Shown here: piece by piece, positions 1 through 13,656 of the stretch
Position numbering within the stretch: position 1 is the first letter of the stretch
Layout: each line of letters begins with the position of its first letter
Assembly: GCA_010909165.1 (NCBI GenBank)
Contig: MU008150.1
Location: 248,001-312,000, forward strand
DNA length: 64,000 nucleotides
Direction: 5' to 3'
Source: Anthoceros angustus
Taxonomy: Eukaryota; Plantae; Anthocerotophyta
Translations under genes and position numbers: made by a program
The notes under the pieces: model-generated
The model's database searches: none
What the model was told of the DNA's origin: nothing
Seen by the model: only the letters and a program-made list of their open reading frames with translations

Positions 1-60
1 AGAATGGTGTATGTGGTGTAGCACGGGGATGGCTGGGATTGAACTTGAATGCTATTTTAG

Positions 61-1388
61 CGTTTTGCTGGATGGAAACGATGGTCTGTAGTGGGCAAGC
101 TTGGTGTCAACATGGAGGACGAGGATTCCGAGTGGAGGCGCCGGTCACCGAGGACTGAAGACCGGGAGGGGGAAGAGGAGGCGACCATTGTGCCTAATCG
201 TCCTGGATTTGGACTCGCACTGCTCGTCTTGGCAGCCTTCGCGGTCAGTATTTCTGTCATTGGATTCGCTAGGTATGCACAGTCCTGTTCCGTTGCAGTT
301 TCGGAAATTCTCATGGATACGTAAGTGGATGGGACTTCGTGCAGCTAGGAGCTCTTCGCCGGAGGCTTGCAAGGTTTAACGAAAGGGTTTATCGGCAGGT
401 AGGTGATTCTGCGTCTCTCTCCTGTATGGCTGCAGGGCAGGAGGGAGGTCAGGCAAGCAGGAAAGCAATGTTGGTAACGATGTTTCAGCCTCTGATACCA
501 TTGTGTAGAGCTACGGTTCCCCCGAACATGGCACTTCCAGGACCGTCGTATGGTGGGTTTGGAGAGATGGCCAGGGTTTTTCCTCCGGGCCTTACACCGA
601 TCCATGGAGGTTTCGACGAACACACCAGTTTTGGGACGAGTACTTCGAGGAGCAGCTAAAAAAGGTGAGCTTCTGGTTTGTTCCAGAAACGTCCAAAAGT
701 GATCTGTGAAATACTTCTCCTTTGGCAACGGAGACGATATTGTTACGTTTGTGTAAACAGGAACGTATGAGGCGAATGCAAGAGGCGTTTTACAGGGAAA
801 AGACTCGGTACACCAGAGATTTTAGATGGCAGGAGCAACCAGGCAACTGGTATTCATCACGACACTGGGACTCCAGTAATGCCCACAGGACCACAGCGGA
901 AGGTCAAAGACAACAAGCCGTCAGACAAGCGGGAGTGCAAAGACATTATGAAGTTTTAGGTCTTGATCCGTATGTTTTCTCCTGCCTCCAGTTTTGGTTG
1001 ATGGAGCCTTTTGGCATTCGCTGCCCTCAGGTGCTCACAGAGAGACATGTTTTTTGTGTCTCAGGAACTTGCAGTACTCCGAAGCAGAGCTCAAGGTACG
1101 GCGTAGCATGTGGGGTTAATTTGTCGCTTCCATTGCACCCATTCCTTCGTAACAATCGCTTTGTTGAGTTTCCAGGCTGCTTTCAGAGCAAAAGCCAAAC
1201 AACATCATCCTGACCGAAACCCCAATCGCAAAGGTAACAACTCCGCAGTTATGTCCTACCTCTTATTCGTGCTCTCCCTTGGCAGTACCGATTCATGATT
1301 GTTCTGTATCTCAGCTGAGGCCGAGGAGAAATTCAAAGCTGTTGTGGAATCATATGAGGCACTTCGTGCCCGGAGCAATCTGAAGTAG
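61..1388 (+). CDS. DnaJ/J-domain protein with an N-terminal transmembrane segment and a C-terminal J domain; multi-exon, probably 5'-partial
   Basis: Spliced exons give GFGLALLVLAAFAVSISVIGFAR (hydrophobic), then RHYEVLGLDP...SEAELK|AAFRAKAKQHHPDRNPNRK|AEAEEKFKAVVESYEALRARSNLK* with the HPD motif; TAG at 1386-1388. A ttttag acceptor at 55-60 suggests the gene starts before the window; the first in-frame ATG in the window is at 112. Confidence 0.85.
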
Positions 1389-2087
1389 CCGTAGCTTATG
1401 GTTAAACATAGCACATTTCTTAAGAGGTATAATTAATATTTCACTGTGTTGAGAAGTCGAAATTCATCTTTCCAAATGGCTTGCTTACTACATATGTATC
1501 TAAACATAGTTAACTCCTTTGGAGAAAATCGTCGACAAATTACAGTTGGTTCCGTGTGCTTGGATGAACAACCACGGGCGGATTTCGTAGGCTTGAATTG
1601 AGTTGGTGATCATTTGTCTCAAGAATACCACCCATCCTGCTAACTAGACTTTTCGAGAGGGCACGTTCCCACCTGCACAAACAATTGTCTGCCCATTAGA
1701 ACAACCTTGGTTTGTAGTCGCTATCCAATAACGTACATGTAACCCAAGAGACCAACCTGAAGATTCCTTGAGATATGATATAGACCGCACTCCAACTCAG
1801 ACAACAACCATACCACCGGAGGAGCAAACTGGCAACCGTGTCAATCAGGGTTTTTGTTGGCAACAGGTGATAAAAGTGAGCTAAAGCTTGTATTAGACAA
1901 AAGTGCCAACAGAAAAAGAAAAACCCTGCAGAAGCGCAGGAAAACGCCACCAGCTTAGTGGCTACAGGGAGTAGCTAAAAAGTATGCTTTTTCACGGGTT
2001 TTCCTTCGGAGGCAATTATAACAATATCTTTTGTGTCCCAGCCGTGATGTTCCTTGTTCATTGCATATATCCTGTGTTAAACTAATA

Positions 2088-5000
2088 TTATCCTTCAACC
2101 ATAATCCCCCGACTCTGACAAAAACTATCCACGTTTTCGCTGTCAAGGAACTTTGCCAACTCCACTGAAAATGGATAAGCTTTTAGAGCATGTCTACAAA
2201 ACTCTTTTGATGCACTGGGCTCCCCAATTGCATGTATGAAATTGAATGCCTCCAGCCATTGTGCTTCTGGGGCTGTGGGACAAGAACTCACAAGTGCATT
2301 TGCAAGCAAAGAGTTGGCCCAAACTGCCACAGCCTGAGCCCTCACTGATGCTGATCCCCCATAGATACTGCCTACCAACCGCCGCAGAGCAAGAGCAACT
2401 GCAACATTTCCAGGCATCATTTCCAGGATACCTTCAGCGAAACTTGCTGTCCTTCGAAATGAGTTTGCATCTACAGGAAGCAAGGTGTGCCCAAATGTCG
2501 CAAATAGAATGTCATTGAACAAAGAATAATCTGCAGGGGGTGGACCCAGCAGCTCCTTGACAAACGATCTAACCCGGCGTTTCTTGATACTATCAGCAAT
2601 ATGTGACAGTGGCTCCAGCTTAGATGCCAGCCGGGACTCTGCAAAACACCTGTCAAGGAGCTCCAAGATGTTTTGCCCAAATAGAGAGCCACATTCAGAC
2701 TCCAGTTCACACGTACGATATAAGAACACCACAAACTCTTTCCAACAGTGTTCAGCATCCCTCTCCTTGAGTGCGATCTCCACACTCTTGTCAATAGTAG
2801 CCTGTGCTGCAGATGTTTCACCAGTTAGAACTTGAAGGAGAGCAAGGTTCAGAAGAGCAAACACTGAATCCTGACCAAGTGACATCCGACTGCCTTTACT
2901 ATCTAACCTAACAGACGTCTGCTTCTCTGCAGCTACAGACAGCTGCTCCTGGATCTGCCGCAGATACCCACTGTCATTGATTACCACACTTGAGGAACTT
3001 AAACCAATACTCAATCCATTGCCAGTAGTAGGCCTACAGGATTCACGTTCCCAAGATGAATATTTAGCTAAAATGCCAATGGCAGCATCCTTCCCATTCC
3101 ATTTCAATGCATGTCCAGCATATTGATTCCATAAGCAGTGGATGCCCGGCTTGCCCTGAAATTGTAACACTGCCTCGTCAAACACATGAAGACCCTGTTC
3201 CATTCCTTTCAGCAGGAATTCTAGAGCGGCACATTCCACAACTAGCTCCAACGAAGTTGGGTGCAAGTTCAGTATCTGACGACAAAAACGTAAAGCTGAG
3301 TGCCCTCCCACCAAAACTGCTAGACACCTGACATAGTTGACAGCAAGTGCTTGCCTGGACAAGTTGGCTACATCATCATCAGAAGTGCAAATATGCAATG
3401 AGACACAACCAGTTCCTGCAGAAGCAGCTGTTTGCAGCAACCTCATGACACGATCCAAACGTACAGACTCCTGAGACATCCATCGAAGACCAAAGGGCAA
3501 CTCCTGCTTGCAACCAAAGTGTAAAACCACAGAGGAAGGCAGCTCCGAATATGCAGCAACGTGTGCACAGCATACCCAGAGTATGCATGCGTCATGCAAA
3601 GTCAAACCAATCAGAACATGTGACGTGCTGCGGTCCCCTGGGGGCAGACATTCAGCAGAAGCATCAGTAATCAATCCATCTATCCAAGACAGTGCCAACT
3701 CGATATTCCCGGATATAATCATGCAATATAGCATTTGCAGTGACAGATCCAATAAATAAGGGCTTTGTGTCTTCTCATTCATGGAGCTCTTTCCTCCTTG
3801 ACCAAGAGCTGACAAAGCCCTCTTATAACAATCTAGTCTCTGATTTAAGTTCGGTCTGCTGTCTATGAGAAGGCACCAAAGCTCGTAAGAGTTGCTATGA
3901 ATAACCTGCAGCACCACGAGCAGACAAAGTTATGTAATCATGTGAAGCTCCTCAATCCTCACAAACATGTAACAAGCATGCCACAAGCATGTTTGGAATA
4001 ACTTTCTCCCATAGAAATGTATAGAAAAGTCTGATCTTCATCACGAGCATAAAGTACTTCAAATGTTGAAGGCAACTGGAGCCAGACACAAAATACAGCC
4101 AGTGCCAGAAGGAAATACCGCATGGTGGAACAAGTCATCCTTGTCAATCCCATCATTGCTGTAGAAAATGGAAAGATACACAATCCACAGAACACATGAC
4201 GATGAATTTGCCTCCAATGCTCGGGATAGATAGTATAAAGCCTGCATAGAAATGACCAATGTAGGTAAGGAACCAGAGTCATCACCAACTGTCAGCATGA
4301 ATGTCGAAGTCAAGAAAACCGAACATGCTTCCACATGCTCCGTTCCCTACTGTTCAGGGCAATGACGATTGGTTGGAATTTTCTCGCTGACTGTGCTCAG
4401 GCCCTTATTAGAATGGTATTACAAGTGCAAGTGGCTCACCAAACTCATGATTGCATCAATCTTAACTCTGCATTCTATAGTCTGCAAAGTTCACCATAAA
4501 TGCTTTTCAAACAGAATGTTTACTTTTCTATACATAGCTGAAAAAAACCCATGTCATATTATCCTCATCCTGACTAGCATGAACGGTGCTGGTTTGAACT
4601 TCCAAAAAATATCACGTAGCCAGTTTTCCAGTCAGATCATTCACAGAACATGCAAGTAAAATCATAAAGACTAGCAGCACCTACTGAGTTTTTGTTGACT
4701 TCCTCCATATTCATGTCATAATGGATAGCATCAAGTGCAAGTTCCAGCGATGACTCCACATCATTAGGTTCTCCCTGAAGATAATGAACACAGCCAAAGG
4801 AATGAAAGGGCACCTAAGGAGAGAAAACACTTAGCAGGACAAAATACAGAAACATCTGCAGACGATTCCATATACCTCAACCCGTAGCTGCTTGTCTGTG
4901 CGATCAGCAAGGTCACACCACCGAGGAGCATCATAGATCCGTGTCTTAAACAAGCTCCTCTTGCCACCCTTGTCGAAAAGGCAGGGCACACCCACAGGTA

Positions 5001-8000
5001 GGGGCCTGCTTGCAGAATATGAGAGGAGGACAGATTGAAACGGGCCTAGTTTCACAAATGGCTGTGGCCTTGAGTCCAGCGACCACTTAAGGTGAGACCC
5101 CATCCGGCAAACTGGTACTTTCCCGACATAGCTGATCCAATGCCGATCAGGACAAACCAAAGGTTTCACAATACAGGAACCATCTTTGTGCACTGATTCA
5201 GGGACCAATGATGTATCTGTTTCAACATCCGTCAATGCTCCCATGTTTTCCCCTGTGGAGTATGAGACATCTACAACTTCCTTCATATTTCCAGGAATAA
5301 CATGATTTACTTGTGAGATCCTGGCCTCCTTATAGTTTCTCAACTGATGCAAAACGCCGTGTGTGTTTAATCTGTAATCCCTCATATGCTGCGATTTACA
5401 TTGTACACTCTTGCATGCCCCCCTTAGCTCATAGTTACATAAACTTTTGAAACAATCAATCGCATTGCTCCATGTTATCGATTCCAAAGAATATTTGAAC
5501 CAGGGAGAGAGTCTATAAGAGCGGAAATTGAGGAGAGGGCTTCTATAACAGGGATGCTGATATGGGGGTGCACACATTTCCCTAGAACCTGCATCCTCTG
5601 ACATGCACTTTTGCTTTGCAGTCACGAGATGGAGACGCTGAATATCAGAGTCTGCTAAAGAACCGAACGCGACATTGAGAGAGGACCCGGGCACATACAA
5701 GTTCAAATCACTTCCGCAAGTTGGAACGACCAAGTCGTCCACAGCTGCTTCAGCTCCTGAAACAACATCTTGCTGTCTGGCAGACTCAGGATCTAAGACT
5801 ACTTCTGGCAACACTGGAGATCCCATGCTGATCTCATTGAGGCTTTCACCAACCTGCAAGGCTGCACTACCATTGGCTTCTGATCTCATCTCATCAGCAC
5901 CTTGCACTGATGTACCACATAGTGTTTCTCCCTCCATGTCCCCACCATGACACTGTTGGTCCTGTGACACATCTTGCACAGCCCTTATCACCTCGGCAAA
6001 CTGCCCTTCAGAAGATACTTCATTTCCAATATTTAAATCAAAGTCTGCAGAGGCAACAGTGACTTGCGCAGCTCTAAGGTCCTCTGACAAAGGTATCACA
6101 GGTAATTCAACGACAACATGTTCATCCTCAGGATCAGAGGCATCAAGCCCAATCTGAAGATGTTCCACAACTTCGCTTTGATCGTGACATGCATGCTCCT
6201 CGCTTAACAAATTTACAGGTTGTTGCGTACCTTCGCTATATGTTCCTACTTCTTTGATTGAACAGTCCTGCCCAGAGAAACAAAAGAATGACATGTAGGC
6301 AGTTTGACCCAGGTCACGAAAAATCTCCCACAATTATCGAGATGCACCATGCCAAATCTGAAGTTCTCCCAGCCTCTGATAACCCTGCACCTTGCATATT
6401 ATGCATGTCAAAGAAATAACTTCAAACATATCCTCTTACCATAAGAGGCTTCTCATGACTTCGTGGAATTATGCTGTCTGATCCACTTTTCTCAACTCCC
6501 AGACAAGTCAGAAATCCCCCACGATCCGTACCTGCAAAATGAGTCAAGAAGGGCTTCATAAATGTCGGTTATACGACACCGGTCACAAATTCAGAAATTA
6601 GGAGGTCCAGTTTCGCCTCCATCACAATGGAACATGAAAACCTGAAGCACGCAGCTGGTCAGAGCCTTCTCCCCGTGTCAAACTTGCAACCTCAGTATTG
6701 ATGTTGGGGTTTTCAACCCTATCCAGTTGGTCACCGATGTCGTCTGCGGCCACTGATGAACTCTCTTTGTACATTCCAGTTAGTCTGCATGGGTCAGCAA
6801 ATGTCACTGTTGCACCATCAGAAGCAGTAATATGATCCAGTTCACCATATGCAGGAGCTGATGAGAGTTCGGAACCCTGAGGTGGAGCACTTGTACCAGG
6901 ACTGCGGAATTTTTGAAAACCAACTTTTCGAGCTTTTGCACTCTTGGCAGCTCTCCCAGCTTGCTCACCTTTCTTCCGACTCCTCTTCTTAACTGATTGG
7001 TTTTTCACGGCGGCTGCCTCCTCAGCAACTTCTGGCAAAGAGATGAGCTGTCCTGGATTGCCCAATGATGAATGCACCTCTTGTCTACTCAAAGCCAGAA
7101 GTTTGCCACCTGAATCATGCTCGGGACGGTTAGCAGATCCATCGCCAGACCTATCACCACTCCCTAAGACTGGTTCAGGCTGGAGAGCAAGTGCAGGTTC
7201 TGCTGTCCGTAATTGATGCATGTCCTGGAATTGACGTAATCTAAGGGTTTTGGCAGGAGCTGAAGATAATTCCCCAGACTTAGGGAGAAGCGCACCGTCA
7301 CCATCCGTGCCAAGATTTGTCTCCAACAGTTCCCTATCCACACTGTCAGCAGGAGCTGAATGTGTTACTGCAGCAGCTGAGAACCCGGAAATATCATTCA
7401 CGGACGAGACATGCTGGCCCCTGCGAAGACCCTCAAGTGGGATTCCAGGCCTAGCAGAACACACTGGGGTGCTTGACACCGGCAGGTTGGGCAAAGTATT
7501 CTGAGGCTCAGTTGGGAGCACCACCCTGCTTCCCTCTGTCTGCCTCAACATAATTGTGTTCATGTTCCCACCTTTCTGGCCATAGTGAGTGGTGCAGTTT
7601 GTCTCATAAGTCCCTTCGTTGCCAGCGAACCCCCCACTTTGAGCAGCTGCATTGATGCCTGGAATCATGCCAATGTGCTGATTGCTTATACGAGCACTCA
7701 TTGCTGCCATATCTACTCTGTCTGGAATGTTGACGGGAGTCCTGAGCTGAGAGATGTGGGGGTGCGTATTCCTCGGTGCTGGAAGCTGGTTATTCATCAA
7801 TGGCCCCCTCCATTGCGCTGAATCCCCAATATGATGGCTAGTTGGTTCTGCCATGGGCCAGGCCAAGGGTGCAGGATAGAAAGAAGTCATATCCATAGGC
7901 CATTGAGGTGGTTGCAAAAATGCTCGAGCTGCATAGTGCTGTATTTCAGCTGCCCGAACTTGAGATGCTAAAACCTCTCGTCTCTGGTGTAGATCATCAC

Positions 8001-11000
8001 AGAGACGACTGGCTGTCTGCAGTGAGACTTGGGCATCCCTGTAAGCTCTTCGAGCTGCCCGTTCCTGGGCTTCATATCTGTGCCTACTGTCTTGGGCCTC
8101 ATCTAACTGTCTGTCAATTGCCTCTTCCTCTGCCTGTAACTTAAGATAATACTCTTGCCACTGTGAATGTCCATTCGACTCAGCCCCACTCACACCTGTC
8201 GGGACAGGTAGTAGCTGGTCCTTCGGTAAGTTGGCCTCTGAATGATGTGGTTCATGAATGCTGGCCAATTGTCTGTCTTCCCTGCTAGCAAGGAGACCAT
8301 GTCCAGTGCCATTCAACTCTGAACGTCGATTGGAGGTGACATTCAGCATCGGTGCTGCAGCTGGTGTGAGGGGTGTAGCATTCCTCAGTAGACCTGATGA
8401 GAGGACTTGTTGAGGGCGGTGCACTTCATCTTCTTGACGGCTAGATATTGTCCTGGCATTGCAGACAGCATCACCAATTGAAGAATAATGTGTGCCTCCT
8501 CCTACCAGTTGCTCCTCAGAAGGAGGTTGGACTAGTAGTCCAATACAGCTGGAGGTGGCTAGAGATGAAGCCCTTTCAGCCTCATGTTGCAAGCCATGCC
8601 CAGCTCTAAAACCTGATGCATCTTCCTGCTGATAGGTGACAGGCTGCAATGCCTCAACAAAATTACTAGCTCGGCTAGTAACATTGGCTCTCGTGTCCAG
8701 TACATCAGACCTCAGCCTCTTAGGAGGCCTATCTTGCACAACATCAGCATTTCCCTTGGCTTGCAAGTGGTCAGGTGGATCTCGGACATATTGCCGACGT
8801 TTTAGTGGCTGCACTGCTTTAGTACTAACAGCTGCTTTCCCTCCAACAGTGCCAATCTGAGCCTCCAATCGTCTGATATCATGGGCAAGCTTTTCAGCTC
8901 GCGTTCTCTTCTGTTTAGCAAAAAGAGGTGACTGGTTCTCTTGCACCTCATGACCAGAAAATCTTGACACATCTGAGACAATTTGTAGACCCTGAGTTGG
9001 AGGTGTAAGTACGTTTCCAACCAGTGCCCTCTGCTCAGAAGCCGCACATCTGGTGGTCAGATTCTTACTCAACTGGCTTCCTGAGTTGGTTGGTGTTGCC
9101 AAATAGCCTGCAGATACAAGAGGCCTAGACATTCCAGCCCAGGCTTGCAGCTCCCCATGGTTCCCCGTACTGTTGTCTCTTAAAGTGAGGGAATTCCCTC
9201 GGGTTTGAACATAACCTGCTTTCCGGGGATTAATTGCAACTCCAGCGAGTTTTGGCACACCCCGCTTCTTAGCAGGGTTTAGTTGGCCCTGCCGATGCTT
9301 TTCTAGTCTCAGCCTTTCCTGCTCAAGCTCGTTCTGTTTCTGCAGAATAGTTTGCCGCAGTGTCTCTCTTTCATCATCTCCTGCTGGGCCCACTGACCCG
9401 CCATTAAGGACACCTGACATAAACTGCTGAGGCTGTGTAGCAGACTGAGACGACTTCAAACCTTTGATGGAATTCTGAACAGGTTGTTTGCCCTTTTGCT
9501 CCATGGCCGCAATTTGTTTTTTCATCTTGTCAATCTCCGACTGCAACATCTCAGGCTTTTGAGCTGCACTGTTTGAGGTTAGGTGAAGACCATGGGAAAC
9601 AATCATTTGCAAAGGAACTCTTCGGTAACTCCTTCCAACAACTTTGGTGGTACCTTGAGCGGTGCTTGCTGCCAAGAACTTGTTCTCACCATCACTGTCA
9701 GTGCTTTCGTCAAAGTTTATCACAAAAGCTTCTTCTTTGTAGTCAGCTGAAGGTGGGTTGCTCACAGCTGCCGGAACAAGCGGTATGCACAGACTGGCAA
9801 GGAAGGAATCAGCTTCCTTTTGAGGAGGAATAACCGCAGGTAGTGCTGTCCTGGTTGGAATTTCAGGGACAGAGCTGCCAACCAGAGATTCTACCTCCCT
9901 CGCCCCAACAGATTCTTGGCGGCCAACTAAAATCCAATGCAACACATAGTTAGCATCAGACGACTCCAGTAGGGTGCTCACACCATTGGTTGTTAGATGC
10001 AGCACAAAAGCAAATTAAGGTGGAACAGACAAGCTCGGGTCACTACAGTGCTGCAGATCTAGGGACAAGAGGCCGTCGGAAAATACCCAGAGACACCTTT
10101 GGTGGAGTAGATAAAATCCTCTGTGCTGTGAAAGAAGCGCTTAAGACAGCTGTAGGCACGTTTGGTGAAGGTACAGGTCCTAGAACAGCTGTAGAGGGAG
10201 CAGCCACATCTGCTTCTGCTGGTCTAGTTGACAACCCCACGCCTGAGGAAGGAAGCACTGGCATATTTGGGATAACAGCATTTTCTTGAGGACTTTTTCT
10301 CCCTTGATTGTATGACTCACCAAGAACAGAAGTGGACACTTTCAGCGATCCACTCGTCTCGGGTGAAGACCTATGTTTGGTACTGTTGTCCGCTGAGCTA
10401 GTGGCTGCAGCAGGGTCCGTTTGCAGGCCAATCTGGGACTGTGTGTGCTCGGTGTGAGATATCTGCACAACCATCACCCATACTTTACATCAAACCCATT
10501 ACACAAGTGTGACAACTGTGTGCCATTGAAGTCCAGAAAGCAAGCCTGATCCACAGGGTGGTTCTTGTAGCACGAGGAGCCTAATTGACAAAGAGTTGGC
10601 TTTTGCATCAACGAGCATCTCCTGGGAGTTCATAGGGGGTGCTAGCTTACAACGAAACCCTAAATCAGCAGACGAGCACAAGCTGCGAGCAAGATTGGCC
10701 TGGAAGGCGGGCCAGCTTATGATGCAAAACAATTATAAAAGGGAGGGGGAAAGAGTTGAGACGGTATCAGGACCTGTTGAGAGACCTGAAACGGAACACA
10801 TGCATCAGGTACACCAGCAGGAACTTGTGGTCCTAATGCAGTAGCATTCTCTGCTGCTAATTCAGAAGAAGACCTTTGCGCTGCAAGTCAGGTGCAAAGA
10901 ATACGTTGAGCTACACAGACAATCGCCTCGGAGGCAGCTCCAATCAGAAATACGAGAAGCAGTTAAGCACAAAAGTGTGAGGGGCGCACAAACACAAACC

Positions 11001-12137
11001 CTAAATCAGACCACAGGAGCCATGAGCAGATGATCATACCGAGAACGAAGAGCGACGGAGCTGAAGCGCAATCCAGAGGGGGAGCTTGAGCTGTAAAAGC
11101 GCTGATCAACTGCGCCTTGTTCACTATGGCGCAGACTCGCGAAACGGGCGTGCTGGTTGCCTGAGACAAGGGAACAGCAGCAGCTGAGGGAAATCCCCGG
11201 GTCCGCTGCCGCCGACCACCACTCCCAGGCGGAGAACGGGGGCGGGGTGACGAAATCCTGCGTCCCGAAGCGGAGCCTGTAATCTCCTGCACAGGACACA
11301 CCAAACGCCGCTTGTAGGATGTGCATAGGAGCAGGGAATGCAGTCCACCCCAGCGCGGGGTACTCAGAAACCCGACATCCAACTATACCTACCAGCTTGT
11401 GGTGGATATGCCAGGCAGTGAAAAGAAAGGCAAGGCAAATCTCCCCGACCGGGTACGAGACACCGCATTCCGTCCGTCCCAGAAATGTGGAGACCAGATC
11501 CGCACCAAGGGACGAGTAGTGGACCCAGACCTCAAGACAGCTCAAAGTCCGCGAGCCGGCCGGCCGGCCGGCACAGTGAATTGCAGCAATGCACAGACGA
11601 GCGGCTCCGGAAGAAGGCCCGGGTTCACATAAACTCCCGAATGGGAGCGCAGACGGGAAGAATATAAAAATCCAGGCGAGCATGGGAGGAGCTTGCGGCA
11701 CATACCAGCGAGGACGGCGGCGGCGGTGCAGGGTCGTCGTCAGACGAGGATAGCTCCCCTTCTTCCTTCTCCTCCGGGGGCTCGGGTGATGAGCAGACCA
11801 CAACGGTGGAGGCGATCCTGACTGGAAGCAGCTTCGGCTGGAGTTGCTGCTTGGCCTGCTGGTAGTGGTCGAAGTATTGGTGTTGGTGTTGGTGTTGGTG
11901 CAGCAGCTGCTGCTGCCGGTGGTGCTGGTGCTGGAAGTGGTGATAGTACTGGTGCTGCTGCTGCTGCTGCGGCGGCGGCTGGGGCTGGGGCTGCGGCTGC
12001 GGCTGCGGCTGCGGCTGGTGTGGCCAGTAGCCGGCGTCGTGCAGTACCACCCGGCGAACTGGTGGTGGGTGGCGCGCGTCGTAGTTGGTATAGGGCCTGG
12101 GATTTCTGAGTTGCCAATGCTCGCGCCGGTCTGTCAT
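2088..12137 (-). CDS. Large ZFC3H1/Red1-like zf-C3H1 protein (Arabidopsis At2g39580-like; nuclear exosome adaptor family), multi-exon
   Basis: ATG at 12137. Exon 1 has a polyQ/H/P tract and EEKEEGELSSSDDD. The motif YRSPLLNFRSYRLSPWF...SITWSNAIDCFKSLCNYELRGACKSVQCKSQH (~5380-5550) is the zf-C3H1 signature. HAT/TPR-like helical repeats follow (LSRALEANSSS, SYELWCLLIDSRPNLNQRLDCYKRALSAL). Long exonic ORFs at 6622-10005, 4831-6333 and 2088-3917; TAA at 2088-2090. Confidence 0.85.
11871..12020. repeat. Coding microsatellites (CAG, CAC/CAA and CAGCCG types) encoding QPQPQP, polyQ and HQHQ tracts
   Basis: (ggctgc)n, (ctg)n and (tggtgt)n runs visible on the + strand within exon 1 of the zf-C3H1 gene. 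Confidence 0.9.
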
Positions 12138-13656
12138 CTCGCCTCACCCTCCAGCCATCAAGTCGAGAGCACCAAACGCCGCAGGCACGCTGCTAAGGAG
12201 TGTGAGCGCCGCCGCAATACATGCATACATGCGGTCAGGCCGATCGACGCGGCCCTATTTCGGTGCCCTCCTCCACACCTCCGCCTCGGGCCTCAGGCCT
12301 CAAGGCCGTTCCTTCCCACGATTCCTTTCCACGTTCGAATCATTCGCACTTATATATATACACCACCTATATTGTTGCCCCCTTCACCTCTGAGGAACCA
12401 TGCACCCATGCTCACCAAACACTCTTACCGGTACACCTTTTAAAGGTATGACTATTACTATTACTTTATATCTGTCGAGCATAATTTTAAGTATAAAATA
12501 AATCTATTCGTTCTATCTTATTATAACCCTTGGTATTATATGTTTGACTATTACATTATCACCCTTAGATTGTTGCCTAGAAGGAATAGAAGGAACCACC
12601 ATACTATAACTGCAAGAGCAAGAGCAATATCACCCCACTGCAACATGATCACAAGGCCACAAGGGTTCCTTCTAACAACTCAGCCCCTAGAAGGATTGCT
12701 TTCAGTTTTCTTAAGACCTGTGATGTATTCTTCTTGGCTAGTTTTGAGCTAGCCAGCAAACATGAACCCTAAGAGGATCTCTGTCTGCCTAGGAAGATTT
12801 TGGGTTTTAAATTTCTTTCAAAATTTTCCTACACTCCTCCAATTTTATTGCAATTTGGTAGGAAATCGTGACGACACCCCATCTCTTCTTCTACCCTTAC
12901 CAAGTTAGTTTACATAAGGACATGAGAGCGGAGACAAGAAGGTACAATAACTAGCATAGTTAAACTTGCCATACTGCGACAACTGCATTAAGTACTATGT
13001 ACTTACGTTGAATGTCTCATATTGCTACATTCATATCACACCTTGCCACCAGGTCGTATCAGAAACAACATCAACGGAGACAAGAAGGTACAGCATCAAC
13101 GGAGACAAGAAGGGAGACAAGAAGGTACACGAACATCGAACAACAACTAACATATGTACTTGAACTCGCTGTACTACTGCGACAACCGTCTGGATACTAC
13201 GTACTCATAGTATCCAGACATAATAATCCGCTATGTACTATATGCTTACTACTAATAATTATAACTAGTAAGTTATCATATAGTTCATGTCATTCCAAGA
13301 TATATATACAATTTACGTAGGTGTACTGGACAGAAGTAGTAGGAATATAGGTGTGCGCAACGTGTTTGCCAAGGGTTGCAGTTGTGGGCAAGACCCGGTG
13401 TAGAAACGACGGAAACAGGTACACACGAGTAATCAGATTTAACATGGTAAACGGGTATGAGTTGGAGGAATGGTAGGAGGAGACGGAGTTGCTTAACCTA
13501 ACTTTTGTAGGTGTCCGTCCGAGTGTGGCCTTAGAGAGTGAGCAAGTACTGGGCGCAGGGCTGACAGTCAATTGGTAATTCCGGTTTGTTATTCGGGCTG
13601 TTTAGCGCAGCTGGTCTGGTTGTGGAGCGCAGTCTCCCTGGAACTTGCGGGCGGGG

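Noticed and set aside
11740-12443. Poly-Ala and poly-Leu/Val ORFs (11740-12147 -, 11844-12443 +)
   Set aside because: Alternative frames or antisense readings of the microsatellite-rich exon 1 of the zf-C3H1 gene.
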